From Mobula hypostoma (taxonomy: Eukaryota): a stretch of DNA of 64,000 bases. The stretch is taken from positions 83,330,001-83,394,000 of the forward strand of contig NC_086108.1 in NCBI RefSeq assembly GCF_963921235.1. The letters run 5' to 3'. The position numbers and the translations under genes were made by a program. Of the stretch, positions 13,320 through 23,988 are shown piece by piece. The notes under the pieces were generated by a model that saw nothing but the letters and a program-made list of their open reading frames with translations, made no database searches and was not told where the DNA came from. Each line of letters starts with the position of its first letter. Positions within the stretch are counted from its first letter, which is position 1.

Positions 13320-13710
13320 AGCATAAACATCATCGCGTCCTTCCAAAAACCCGGTCCCGAAAGCGCTAAGTTACACACAGCGGAAAATGCAGAACTATTT
13401 TTCAGCGCTGAGATGAGCCGGCGAGCGGTTGTCATGGAGCCGGCCGCTGAGGACACATCGACTCCCTCGCTCCCCTTGCCCCGCGGCAGACGCTCCCACA
13501 CAGACTCAGCCCAGACTTGGAAAGAAAATCAACGGCGCCACTTGTCACTTACCTGCCAACTCCGGCTGTTAGAGCTTCCGCCATCTTCTATGTCCCACAG
13601 CAGGACCTGCAGGCGGCACTGACGACACCCACAAACCACCACAGCATCGCCATAGCGGAAAGGTCAAGTGGGTAAAATTGAACCCCCGCTGCCGTCGGCG
13701 CCACGTTGTT
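13320..13710 (-). promoter_or_regulatory. CpG-rich promoter/first-exon region of a minus-strand gene (probably MKNK1 by synteny)
   Basis: Local CpG/GC enrichment in non-repeat DNA, a perfect donor CAG|GTAAGT at 13553/13552, and a YY1-type motif. In human, MOB3C-MKNK1 and MOB3A-MKNK2 are same-strand neighbours. No kinase-coding exon is seen in the window. Confidence 0.7.
13578..13587 (-). promoter_or_regulatory. YY1-type motif AAGATGGCGG in the first exon
   Basis: Plus strand ccgccatctt matches the YY1 consensus; it overlaps an ATG at 13584. Confidence 0.6.
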
Positions 13711-14097
13711 AAGGTCAAATTTAGTGCTCTTGTGCTGTTTTTTAAAAAAGTCACCAGTTTCAGTTATTTAACTAAGTCTACAATCCAAGTAACAGGAACC
13801 GAGACAGTAGAATTAGCTCTACTTTAGCCTCTGAAGGAATTAAACTAAACCCTGAAGCACTGTTTTAAATTGGCCGTGGCTTACTCAAAGTAGCAATTTG
13901 CTGTCTTTAATTGGTATTTCTTCAGCTAGAAGATCTCAAAACTTAAAATGTGATCTTCAAGGAATAATATTTATGACATTCAAATGGAGCCCTCTAGGCA
14001 CTTGCTTGTGGAGCTGTAAATCATTCTCATTGATGAAATAAGTAATACACTGAAACATTGCTTTAGGTCAGCAATAGTTCCACTACTATTTTTTCCT

Positions 14098-14224
14098 CAA
14101 ATCTCTTACTATCTCTTCTTTCAGTTAGTCCTGACGAAGGGTCTTGGCCCGAAACGTCGACTGTACCTCTTCCTATAGATGCTGCCTGGCCTGCCACGTT
14201 CACCAGCATTTTTTGTGTGTGTGT
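14098..14224 (+). mobile_element. Short Penelope-like pLTR insertion
   Basis: 14-bp TSD tactattttttcct (14084-97, 14225-38); intact hammerhead. Confidence 0.85.
14127..14162 (+). ncRNA. Minimal type I hammerhead ribozyme motif
   Basis: AGUC-CUGACGA-AGGG-UCUUGG-CCC-GAAACGUC-GACU. Confidence 0.8.
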
Positions 14225-14529
14225 TACTATTTTTTCCTGCTACTTTCTTTCTCAACTGCAAAAGAAAACTTACTTTGCCCAGTGTGATCCGATTTGGACA
14301 ATAGTCTTACAATAATTATTTTAAATAGGAATGTGCTTGGTTGCTATAGAAAGCTGACATTATAGTTCAGATTCAGATTCATTTATTTATCAAATGTACA
14401 ATGAAATGTGTCATTTGTTTTAATGACCAAAACAACCTATGAATGTCCTGGGGCAGCCAACAAGTGTCACCACACATTCCAGTGCCAACAGATTTTCAGC
14501 AGAGCAACAAAAGCAACAACGCCAAAACA

Positions 14530-15188
14530 GACTGGGAGACCGCTTTGCTGAACATCTACGCTCTGTCCGCCAGAGAAAGCTGGATCTCCCAGTGGCCACA
14601 CATTTTAATTCCACATCCCATTCCCATTCTGACATGTCTATCCACGGCCTCCTCTACTGTAAAGATGAAGCCACACTCAGGTTGGAGGAACAACACCTTA
14701 TATTCCATCTGGGTAGCCTACAACCTGATGGCATGAACATCAACTTCTCTAACTTCCGCTAAGGCCCCACCTCCCCCTCGTACCCCATCTGTTACTTATT
14801 TTTATGCACACATTCTTTCTCTCACTCTCCTTTTTCTCCCTCTGTCCCTCTGAATATACCTCTTGCCCATCCTTTGGGTCGCCCCCCCCATCTTTCTTTC
14901 CGGACCTCCTGTCCCATGATCCTCTCGTATCCCCTTTTGCCTATCACCTGTCCAGCTCTTGGCTCTATCCCTCCCCCTCCTGTCTTCTCCTATCATTTTG
15001 GATCACCCCCTCCCCCTCCAAGTTTCAAATCCCTTACTCACTCTTCCTTCAGTTAGTCCTGACGAAGGGTCTCGGCCTGAAACGTCGACTGCACCTCTTC
15101 CTACAGATGCTGCCTGGCCTGCTGCGTTCACCAGCAACTTTGATGTGTGTTGCTTGAATTTCCAGCATCTGCAGAATTCCTGTTGTTT
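14530..15188 (+). mobile_element. 5'-truncated Penelope-like element: GIY-YIG endonuclease C-terminus plus pseudo-LTR with hammerhead
   Basis: RLGDRFAEHLRSV...PVATHFN...RLEEQHLIFHLGSLQPDGMNINFSNFR*. 12-bp TSD aacgccaaaaca (14518-29) / aacaccaaaaca (15189-200). Confidence 0.88.
15055..15090 (+). ncRNA. Minimal type I hammerhead ribozyme motif
   Basis: AGUC-CUGACGA-AGG-GUCUCGG-CCU-GAAACGUC-GACU, downstream of the GIY-YIG ORF. Confidence 0.78.
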
Positions 15189-16036
15189 AACACCAAAACA
15201 AGCTCCTTTCCTCCATCCCACCCACTCACACTTAGAGACAGGCCATCTGGAGTCCTCGACTGCAGATTCTCATACTCATAGACAATGGGCCTAGACTTGC
15301 AGACATTGAACTTTGTCTTCCAGACTGACTGACTTAAGTCTTCAACCTTTGGGCCTCAGATTCCAGACTCACCAACTTCCATCTTCAGTATCAACCCCAG
15401 GACTCGCCAACCTCAGACTTTGAACTCAAGGCTTCGAACTCCGGGCAAATACAAACCTCCAACCCCAGGACTCAGTGACCTGGGGGGGGGGGGAAAGAAT
15501 GTAATATGTGACATGAATGTATGGAAGAGCAAGCCAATGATTGGGTACAACTGCTGACGGAACAAAGATTTAAGTTGTAGCACAGAGGCAAAATTCAAAA
15601 GGGTGAAGAATGCAGAATTGAGGGTGTTTCATTTAAATGCATGTTGTTTCTGGAATAAGAAGGACGAACACGTGGTGCAGTTAGAGATTGGTCAACATGA
15701 CATTGTGGGCATCACTGAGTCATGGTTGAAAAAAGGTCGTAGTTGGGAGTTTAACATCAGAGTATACTTTGTATCAAAAGGCCAGGCAGGATGGCAGGGC
15801 TAGACAACTGTGGCTCACAAGGGAAGTTGAGGGCTGCATAAAAGCCAAGAAAAGGTGGTGGTGTGACTTTATTGGTAAGAGATGGAATTACAGCTTTAGA
15901 AAGAGGTGACGCAGGGTCAGAGAATGCCAAATCTTTGTCGATGGAGTTAAGAAACTGTAAGGGTAAAAAAAAATTATGGGAATGTGGGGTTGAGATTACA
16001 AAGGGGGCAGGAAAGGGCATGTAATAGGGATAATAT

Positions 16037-16323
16037 TGTGGCGACCCATTTTCTAGCACCCACGAGCCGGCTCATGAAACAGCGCGCGCAGGCAGAGGGC
16101 CGGCCCCAAAAAGGGCACCAGGCCATCTTCACCAGCAGGGGAAAAATCCCGCACACGGAAAGGGTCTGGGAATATGCATTCCCCACAGCGGTCCCGCCCC
16201 AGGGAGGGTGGGAACGGGAAGGCTTTAAAGCAGGCCGCGAAGTTTGAATAAATCTCTTTATCGCAACTCCAACTCACCGACTCCGTGTGGTTATTCTAGC
16301 GCTGTGTGTAGCGCACCGCTACA
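16037..16323 (+). repeat. 5' LTR (287 bp)
   Basis: tgtggcgacc...caccgctaca; direct repeat of 20086-20367; contains TTTAAA and AATAAA. Confidence 0.95.
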
Positions 16324-16325
16324 TT

Positions 16326-16339
16326 TGGTGACCCCGACG
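16326..16339 (+). other. Primer binding site complementary to the tRNA-Trp 3' end
   Basis: TGGTGACCCCGACG, 2 nt after the 5' LTR; followed by hairpin ggcccaaa-cgata-tttgggcc. Confidence 0.85.
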
Positions 16340-16363
16340 GCCCAAACGATATTTGGGCCAGAG

Positions 16364-17001
16364 ATGACCGAGGCCGCATCTGTTCACGCAGTTTCGTTAC
16401 AACTGCCAGGCTTTTGGCCGCTGAGACTCCATCTGTGGTTTGAACAGGCAGAAGCACAATTCCACATTCGGCAGATAACCTCGGAGTCCACTCATTACTA
16501 CTACGTGCTGAGCTCTCTTGACCAAGAGACTGCTGTACAAGTTGAGGAGTTTATACAGTCGCCCCCGGAGAACGGCAAATACACAGCATTCAAAGCCCTG
16601 CTCATAAGGACTTTTGGACTCTCACGGCGCGAACGAGCACGCCGCTTAATGCACCTGGATGGTTTGGGAGACAGGCTGCCGTCGGCATTAATGAACGAAA
16701 TGCTGGCCCTGGCAGAAGGACACAAACCCTGCCTCATGTTTGAGCAGGCATTCCTAGAGCAACTGCCCGAGGACATACGCCTGCTGCTATCCGACACAGA
16801 TTTCAGCAACCCCCGGGAGGTGGCGGCCCGAGCAAATGTGTTGTGGAATGCCAAGAAGGAGAGAGGAGCATCCATTGCACAGATCACCAAGCCGCGGGCC
16901 CAACGACAGACCAGACCAGGCCCGGCAGTGGCGCCTACAAAACCCGGCGACGGGAGTGAGGAGCCCAACGAACAATGGTGCTTCTACCTAGACCACCCTG
17001 C
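16364..17001 (+). pseudogene. gag: Gypsy gag with a disrupted CHCC-type zinc knuckle
   Basis: MTEAASVHAVSLQLPGFW...WFEQAEAQF...WCFY, then a frame switch to RPPC. Confidence 0.8.
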
Positions 17002-20000
17002 AAATTTCCAGGAAACGCTACACAGATCGCTACGGCAGCTGGCCATCAGGACAGCCTCCTGTATGTCTGGGACAAGCAGTCGGGACACCGATTTTTGGTC
17101 GACACCGGAGTGGAGATCAGCGTTTTACCTCCAACGAGTTATGACACCCGCAACAGAGAACCCGGACCCACCCTGAGGGCCGCAAATGGCAGCACAATAC
17201 GAACCTACAGCACCCGCATGGTGTGGCTACAGTTCAGCTCCAGCCAGTTCATGTGGGACTTCACACTGGCTGCCATGGCCCAATCGCTCCTGGGGGCAGA
17301 TTTTCTGCGAGCCCACAGCCTGCTGGTCGACCTGCAAGGGAAGCGACTAGTCCACGCCAAGACTTTTCAAACGTTCTCCCTGGGTGAAGCAAATCTGCCA
17401 GCCCCACACCTGGACTCCATCACGCTGTCCAACGATGAATTCACCAGGGTCCTGACGGATTTCCCATCAGTACTGACACCGCAGTTCACAGCAGCCATGC
17501 CCAGACACAGAGTACAGCACCACATCCCGACCCAGGGAACCCCTCCACGCCCGTGCTCGAAGGCTTCCCCCGGACAAGCTTCGACTGGCGAAGGAGGAGT
17601 TCAAGAAGATGGAGGAATTGGGGATCATACGACGGTCCGACAACCCATGGGCCTCCCCACTGCACATGGTGCCCAAGGCAACGGGGGGCTGGAGAACATG
17701 CAGTGACTACCGCAGACTGAATGAGGCTACAACGCCAGACCGCTACCCTGTGCCGCACATTCAAGGCTTTGCAGCAAACCTACACGGCGCAAGGATCTTT
17801 TCCAAGGTAGACCTCGTCCGGGGATACCATCAAATCCCAGTACATCCGGACAACATCCCCGAAACAGCACTCATCACCCCGTTTGGACTTTTTGAATTCC
17901 TCCGAATGCTGTTCGGTCTAAAGAATGCCGCACAGACGTTCCAGCGGCTAATGGACACGGTGGGACGCGACCTGGACTTTGCATTCATCTATTTGGACGA
18001 CATCCTCATAGCCAGCAGTAGTCGTCAAGAGCATCTGTCCCACCTCCGCCAGCTCCACTCCCGCCTGAGTGAATTCGGACTTACAATCAACCCGGCCAAA
18101 TGCCAGTTCGGACTCGACACCATCGACTTCCTGGGCCACAGGATTACTAAAGATGGGGCAACCCCTCTGCCCGCCAAGGTAGACGCGGTCCGTCACTTCC
18201 CCCGACCCAACACAATCAAAGGCCTGCAGGAATTCGTGGGTATGGTGAATTTCTACCACTATTTCCTCCCCTCAGCAGCCCAAACCATGCGCTCCCTGTT
18301 CACTCTGATATCGGGTAAGGGCAAGGACATTACCTGGGACGAAGAGGCCGCAGCCGCTTTCGTTAAAACCAAAGAAGCCTTGGCAAACGCCGCGATGCTA
18401 GTGCACCCCAGAACGGACGTTCCTACTGCCCTCATGGTGGACGCATCCAACACAGCAGTCGGTGGAGTGCTGGAACAACTCATCGAGGGTTGCTGGCAAC
18501 CCCTGGCGTTCTTCAGCAAACACCTACGACCACCTGAACTTAACTACAGTGCTTTCGACTGGGAGCTATTGGCACCATACCTGGCAATCCGACATTTCAG
18601 GTACTTCTTAGAAGGTAGGCCCTTCACCGCGTTTACAGACCACAAACCGCTTACCTTTGCGTTCACGTAGGTGTCCGACCCCTGGTCGTCCGGCCAGCAG
18701 CGACATCTGTCCTACATCTCTGAGTACACGACGGACATCCGGCATGTCTCGGGAAAGGACAACGTCGTGGAGGACGCACTATCCAGACCTACCATACAGG
18801 CCCTGTCCCAGGGGGTGGACTATGCAGCGCTGGCAGAGGCACAGCATGCAGACGCTGAGATCCCCAGTTACAGGACTGCAGTCTCCGGTTTGCAGCTCCA
18901 AGACCTCCCCGTAGGTGCAGGTGAGAGGACCCTACTGTGTGAGATAGCTACCGGCCAACCCCGCCCCGTCGTCCCAGCAGCCTGGCGCCGGCGGGTTTTC
19001 AAATCCATTCACAACTTAGCGCACCCCTCCATCAGGACAACCGCCCGGCTGGTCGCCAACAGGTTCGTGTGGCATGGACTTCGTAAGCAGGTCAGTGAAT
19101 GGGCCAAAACGTGCATGCAGTGCCAAACGGCCAAGGTGCAGTGGCACACCAAGGCTCCGCCGCAGCGGTTCGAACCCACCCGCCGGAGGTTCGACCACAT
19201 CCATATGGATATCGTGGGGCCCCTGCCAGTGTCACGAGGAGCGCGGTACCTCCTAACAATGATAGACTGGTTCACCAGATGGCCAGAGGCAGTCCCGCTC
19301 ACCGACACCACCTCTGAATCTTGCGCCCGAGCACCAATCGCAACCTGGGTAGCATGCTTCGGGGTACCAGCCCACATTACCTCCGACAGGGGCGCCCAGT
19401 TCACCTCCAGCCTGTGGTCGGCTATGGCCAGACTTTTAGGAACACAGCTACACCACACTACTGCCTACCACCCACAGTCGAACGGACTGGTGGAGCGTTA
19501 CCACCGTCACCTGAAATCGGCTCTCATGGCCCGCCTGGAGGGGCCTAACTGGGTGGACGAGTTTCCCTGGGTCCTGCTCGGAATCTGCACGGCGCCCAAG
19601 GAGGATCTGCACACCTCGTTGGCCGAGTTGGTGTACGGCGCACCCCTGGTCGTCCCAGGAGAGTTCATACCAGCCCCAAGGGGGCAAGAGGAAGAACCCA
19701 CAGCAGTCCTGGACAGACTACGGGAGAGGCTCGGTAACCTGGCCCCTATACCCACTTCACAGCACGGACAGAGCCCGACCTGCGTACCCAAAGACCTGCA
19801 GAACTGTAAGTTTCTTTTTGTACGACGGGTGGACACCAGGCACTGCTACAGTGGCCCTACGAGGGGCCGTTTAAGGTGATCAGGAACAACGGGTCCACGT
19901 TCGTGCTGGACACTGGGGGGAGAGAGGAGGTTTTCACGGTGGACCAACTCAAACTGGCCCATGTGGACTTGGCGCAGCCGGTCCAGGCTCAGGCACTGCG

Positions 20001-20070
20001 GCGCAGGGGCAGACCCCCCAAACAGAGGCCGATCCAGACTGTGGACACTGGGGGAGGTATCACCGGTTCT
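17002..20070 (+). pseudogene. pol: Gypsy pol (protease, RT, RNase H, integrase), disrupted
   Basis: FLVDTGVEISVL protease; YLDD at 17990-18001; DAS...FTDHKPL RNase H; HNLAH...C..C and DIVGP/SDRG/NGLVER integrase. Frameshifts near 17545 and 19830; in-frame TAG at 18668-18670. Confidence 0.92.
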
Positions 20071-20085
20071 GGGGGGGCGGGGTTA

Positions 20086-20367
20086 TGTGGCGACCCATTT
20101 TCTAGCACCCACGGCTCACGAAACAGCGCGCACAGGCAGAGGGCCGGCCCCAAAAAGGGCGCCAGGACATCTTCACCAGCAGGGGGAAAATCCCGCGTGC
20201 GGAAAGGGTCTGGGAATATGCATTCCCCACAGCAGTCCCGCCCCAGGGAGGGCGGGAACGGGAAGGCTTTAAAGCAGGCCACGAAGTTTGAGTAAATCTC
20301 TTTATCACAACTCCAACTCACCGACTCCGTGTGGTTATTCTAGCACTGTGTGTAGCACACCGCTACA
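20086..20367 (+). repeat. 3' LTR (282 bp)
   Basis: Direct repeat of the 5' LTR with about 15 substitutions and a 5-bp indel (manual count); preceded by G-rich PPT at 20071-20082. Confidence 0.95.
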
Positions 20368-23300
20368 AAATCATAATTGTAATGGAGGTTTTCAATACGC
20401 AAGGGGATTGGGAAAATCAGGTTGGTGTCAGATTGTAAGAGAGGGAATTTGTTGAATGCCTATGAGATGGCTTTTTAGAGCAGCTTGTGCTTGTGCCTTC
20501 TCTGGGAAAGGTTATCTTAGATTGGGTGTTGTGTAATAACCCAGATTTTATTGGGAAGCTTTATGCAAAGGAACCCTTAAGAGGCAGATATCATAATATG
20601 ATTGAATTCATACTGCAATTTGAGAGGGAGAAGCATAAGTCACGTGTATCGGTATCACAATGGACTAAAGGGAATTACAGAGGCATGAGAGAAGAGCTTG
20701 CCCAGATGGATTGGACGGGGATACTGGCGGGGATGATAGCAGAACAGAGATGGCTGAAGTTTCTGGGAATAGTTTACAAGGCACAGAATAGATGTATCCC
20801 ACAGAAGAACAAGTTCTCAAATGGCAGGGCAGGGCAACTGTGGCTGACAAGGGATGTTGTCTGCATAAAAGCCAAGAAAAGGGCATATAAGGTAGCAAAA
20901 GTGAGTGGGAAGTTGGATGATTGGGAAGCTTTTAAAATCCAACAAAAGGCAACTAAAAGGCCAAAAGAAAGGAAAAGATGAAATATGAGGGAAAACCAGC
21001 CGATAATATAAAGCAGGATACCAAAAGTTTTTCAGTTATGTAAAGAGTAAAGAGCAGGTGAGAGTTGATATTGAACCACTGGAAAATGATGCTGGTGAGA
21101 TAGTAATGGGGGACAAAGAAATAGCAAATGAACTTAATAAGTACTTTGTTTCAGTCTTTACTGTAGAAGATACTAGCTGTATGCCAGAAGTCCATGAGTG
21201 TCAGGGAGCAGGAGAGAGTGCCATTGCTATTACAAAGGAAAAGACCTAGGCAGACTCAAAGGTCTTAAGGTGGATAAGTCACCTGGACCAGATGGACTAC
21301 ATCCTAGGCAATCTTCACCTAACCTAAGCAAACAACCCAAAGAGTGTCTAATATTGACTCTGCTGAGGATTAGTCAGGAACACACACAAATCCGCTTCAT
21401 AAATGGCAGAAGAAACACATCATCTCCTGAACTACCCACACACCGATCTATCAAAGCACCTGCTGCACCACCTATGACAAGAGTTTGCCGGTCCTACATT
21501 AACCCATCAGCCACCTCAGAATCCATAGAACTGGAATGAATCGAATCTTCCTCAACCCCAAGGAACTGCCTTTGAAGATGAAAATGAAAATTCAAACCAG
21601 TTTCATAAAATTTAAAATCTTCACTCTGATTAGCACAAGAAGAATTATTGATAATACATGTTTTACAGGGACTCAGGGAAAAATGAAGTTTCAAATTTCA
21701 TTTGGCAATTTTCCTCTCAACTTTGCCCATAGAGATATCCCTCTCTGTTCATTCTCCATCAACAGCAAGGACCAAAGTAGGAAAGTAATTAATGCTTCCA
21801 TTGATGACAAAACAATTACATCCAAAGTTTGCATTATTTTATATTTTTCAGGTGCAGAACTTTAACTCTTTTCACACTAGCATGGGTGTATAAAAACAAA
21901 GTAAATGCTAAACAGAAATATTTTTTTTTCAGGAGCAATAAAAGCCAATAGATAAAGTGCTAAAACAATTTCTTCCCAGTCATCATTGATTTAGGATTGA
22001 GTTTTTTATGATTAAATATCGAGGATGTGAAACTATTGTCCATTACCAATGCTGAAGCAAAGATTTATTTGCAGAGGTATATTCTCAGCTAAAACAGCAT
22101 TGCATTTATTTGATCAATTCTCTCTCTCTCTCTCTCGTGATTACTATCCCTGGTAGCATTTGGAGCACTGGTATTTCTTAGTCCTTGCCACCTATTTCCA
22201 ATGCTCAGCAAGGGTCTGTGACATATAACCTTGTGAATCTATTATCTACCAACACCTCATGCTGGAAAGCAGCTTATTTATCTCCTGAAAATGTATATGT
22301 TATCTGAGTCACCTCATTCTATGCCTGCCCATCGAGAGGCACCTAAATATTCTGATATTAGTGCATAAGCCATTTAGTCCATCAAGTCTGCTCTTCCATT
22401 CCATCATGTCTGATTTATTCTCCCCTTCAACTACATTCTGCAGTGGCATCTCAGTTTGCAAGATAATATTGTGTTTCTGGTTCCCTTGGTCTGCATTATC
22501 TCTCTTCATTAGCAGAATAACATGACTGTCATAAAAAATAGTGCTGGGACAGAATCCCAATTTATAAAGTGAGACATTGGATATTGGGAATTTTTTTTTA
22601 CATCATTGTAGAAGATTATAATACTTGCAAAATCAAAAGGGTTTCTGTCTTCTTGCTGGGAAAATGAAGACAAGAGTTCATTAATTAATTGCCAATAGGG
22701 GAATCATGGAGAACCTGGACTCAGGAAGGGGCAGATTCTGATTTCCAAGCACATTTGGGTTTCCCGTCATGTTACATTTTAATCCCACAGGACACAATTT
22801 TTTAAAGCAAGGTCCCTAAGCATAATAAGCTTAGCCACCAGCCTGGCGGGAGCATTCTGGTGCACAATACAATTGTGAGTAAGGAGTCTTCATTCTTGAG
22901 TGATGGAATGGTGGAGGTCTCAGCACAAGAGGGGCAGTGGATGGAGGGAATTGTTATTTTGGGAGATCTAGGGTAAGTGCCTGATAAGTATTTTTTAAGG
23001 AAGTAAGCTTTAACAATGGAGGCATAGGAGATTTATGAAAGGAGCACTGTGATGAAGGACTACTTACACATTAGTGTTGTGACGCGTCCAAATCAGGCTT
23101 CACTGCATCTGAGCTGCCAGATTTTCTAAGTGAACCGCAGCCAGTTAAACATAAAAGAGAATGTCTGTCTGGCCCCAATGTAATACTTAAAAATTGGGGT
23201 ACAGTGGTATACAATTGGTTGCCACACTGTAGAGGCCAGGTGTGTTTACGATTTTAGCCATTTTCCTTCTGACCCCAACCCATCTGCTTTTTGGAGATTA

Positions 23301-23715
23301 ACATTCATCTTTAGATCTGGCGGGGAGGGGTGGTGGTTTGGAGTGTGGAATTGACCACAGTGAGGTAGTTGTCCAAGGAACAGTGGCCAAACTGATATTT
23401 TGACAATAAGATTAGTTTTTGGCCTGCTCCCACAAAGTGTGGGTGCAGAAGGGCATAGAGCCAATCTCTATACTACAAACTTCAATGACTGTGGTGTTAA
23501 AAGATCAGCATCTTCCCATTACCAGCTGTTGCATGATGTGATGAACTGCAAGTTAATCTATGCTTTGACCTTTGCTTACACTCTTCCGTTTTGCCAATTT
23601 TGATGACCCAGATGTTAGCAAACGAAATTCAAATTGTAAAGTGGCCCTATTTTTTTTTTTAAAAGTCACGAACAACATAATGCAAACTATACAAAGAAAT
23701 CATAATAAACCCATG

Positions 23716-23988
23716 TATTTATTGAGACACAGCGCGAAGTAGGCCCTTCGAGCGGCGCCACCCACCAATCCCCCGATTTAATCCCAGCCTAATCATGGGG
23801 CAATTTACAATGAACAATTAACCTACCATCCGGTATGTCTCTACATCGCGGATGGAAATTGAGGAACCCGGAGGAAACCTATGCGGTCACAGGGAGAACG
23901 TAAAAACTCCTTACAGGCAGCAGCAGGATTTGAACCCTGGTCACCCCTATTGTAAAGCATTGTGCCAACCACTATGCTACTGTGGCCC
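23716..23988 (-). mobile_element. tRNA-derived V-SINE (HE1-like); related copy at ~30975-31175
   Basis: B-box ggttcaaatcc and V-domain gagtttttacgttctccctgtgaccgcataggtttcctccgggt on the minus strand. Confidence 0.75.

Larger units (their letters stand above)
16037..20367 (+). mobile_element. Full-length, mutated Ty3/Gypsy LTR retrotransposon (CsRn1-like)
   Basis: Two TG...CA LTRs, tRNA-Trp PBS, polypurine tract, domain order gag-PR-RT-RH-IN, and an imperfect 4-bp TSD (ATAT/AAAT). Confidence 0.95.
15515..21306 (+). mobile_element. CR1 LINE ORF2 fragment (AP endonuclease region) split by the Gypsy insertion
   Basis: LNA...NKKDE...HDIVGITESWL before the LTR element, continuing after 20367 (ILDWVLCN, KGNYRGMREELA, DKSPGPDGLHPR). 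Confidence 0.85.

Noticed and set aside
13220..13754. Several overlapping ORFs around the CpG-rich region
   Set aside because: They read through the splice donor or lie antisense, are expected in GC-rich DNA, and show no recognisable homology.
16501..19836. Long minus-strand ORFs inside the Gypsy element
   Set aside because: Antisense shadows of GC-rich gag/pol codons.
21310..21870. Overlapping ORFs after the CR1 break
   Set aside because: No recognisable domain or convincing splice signals in any frame.
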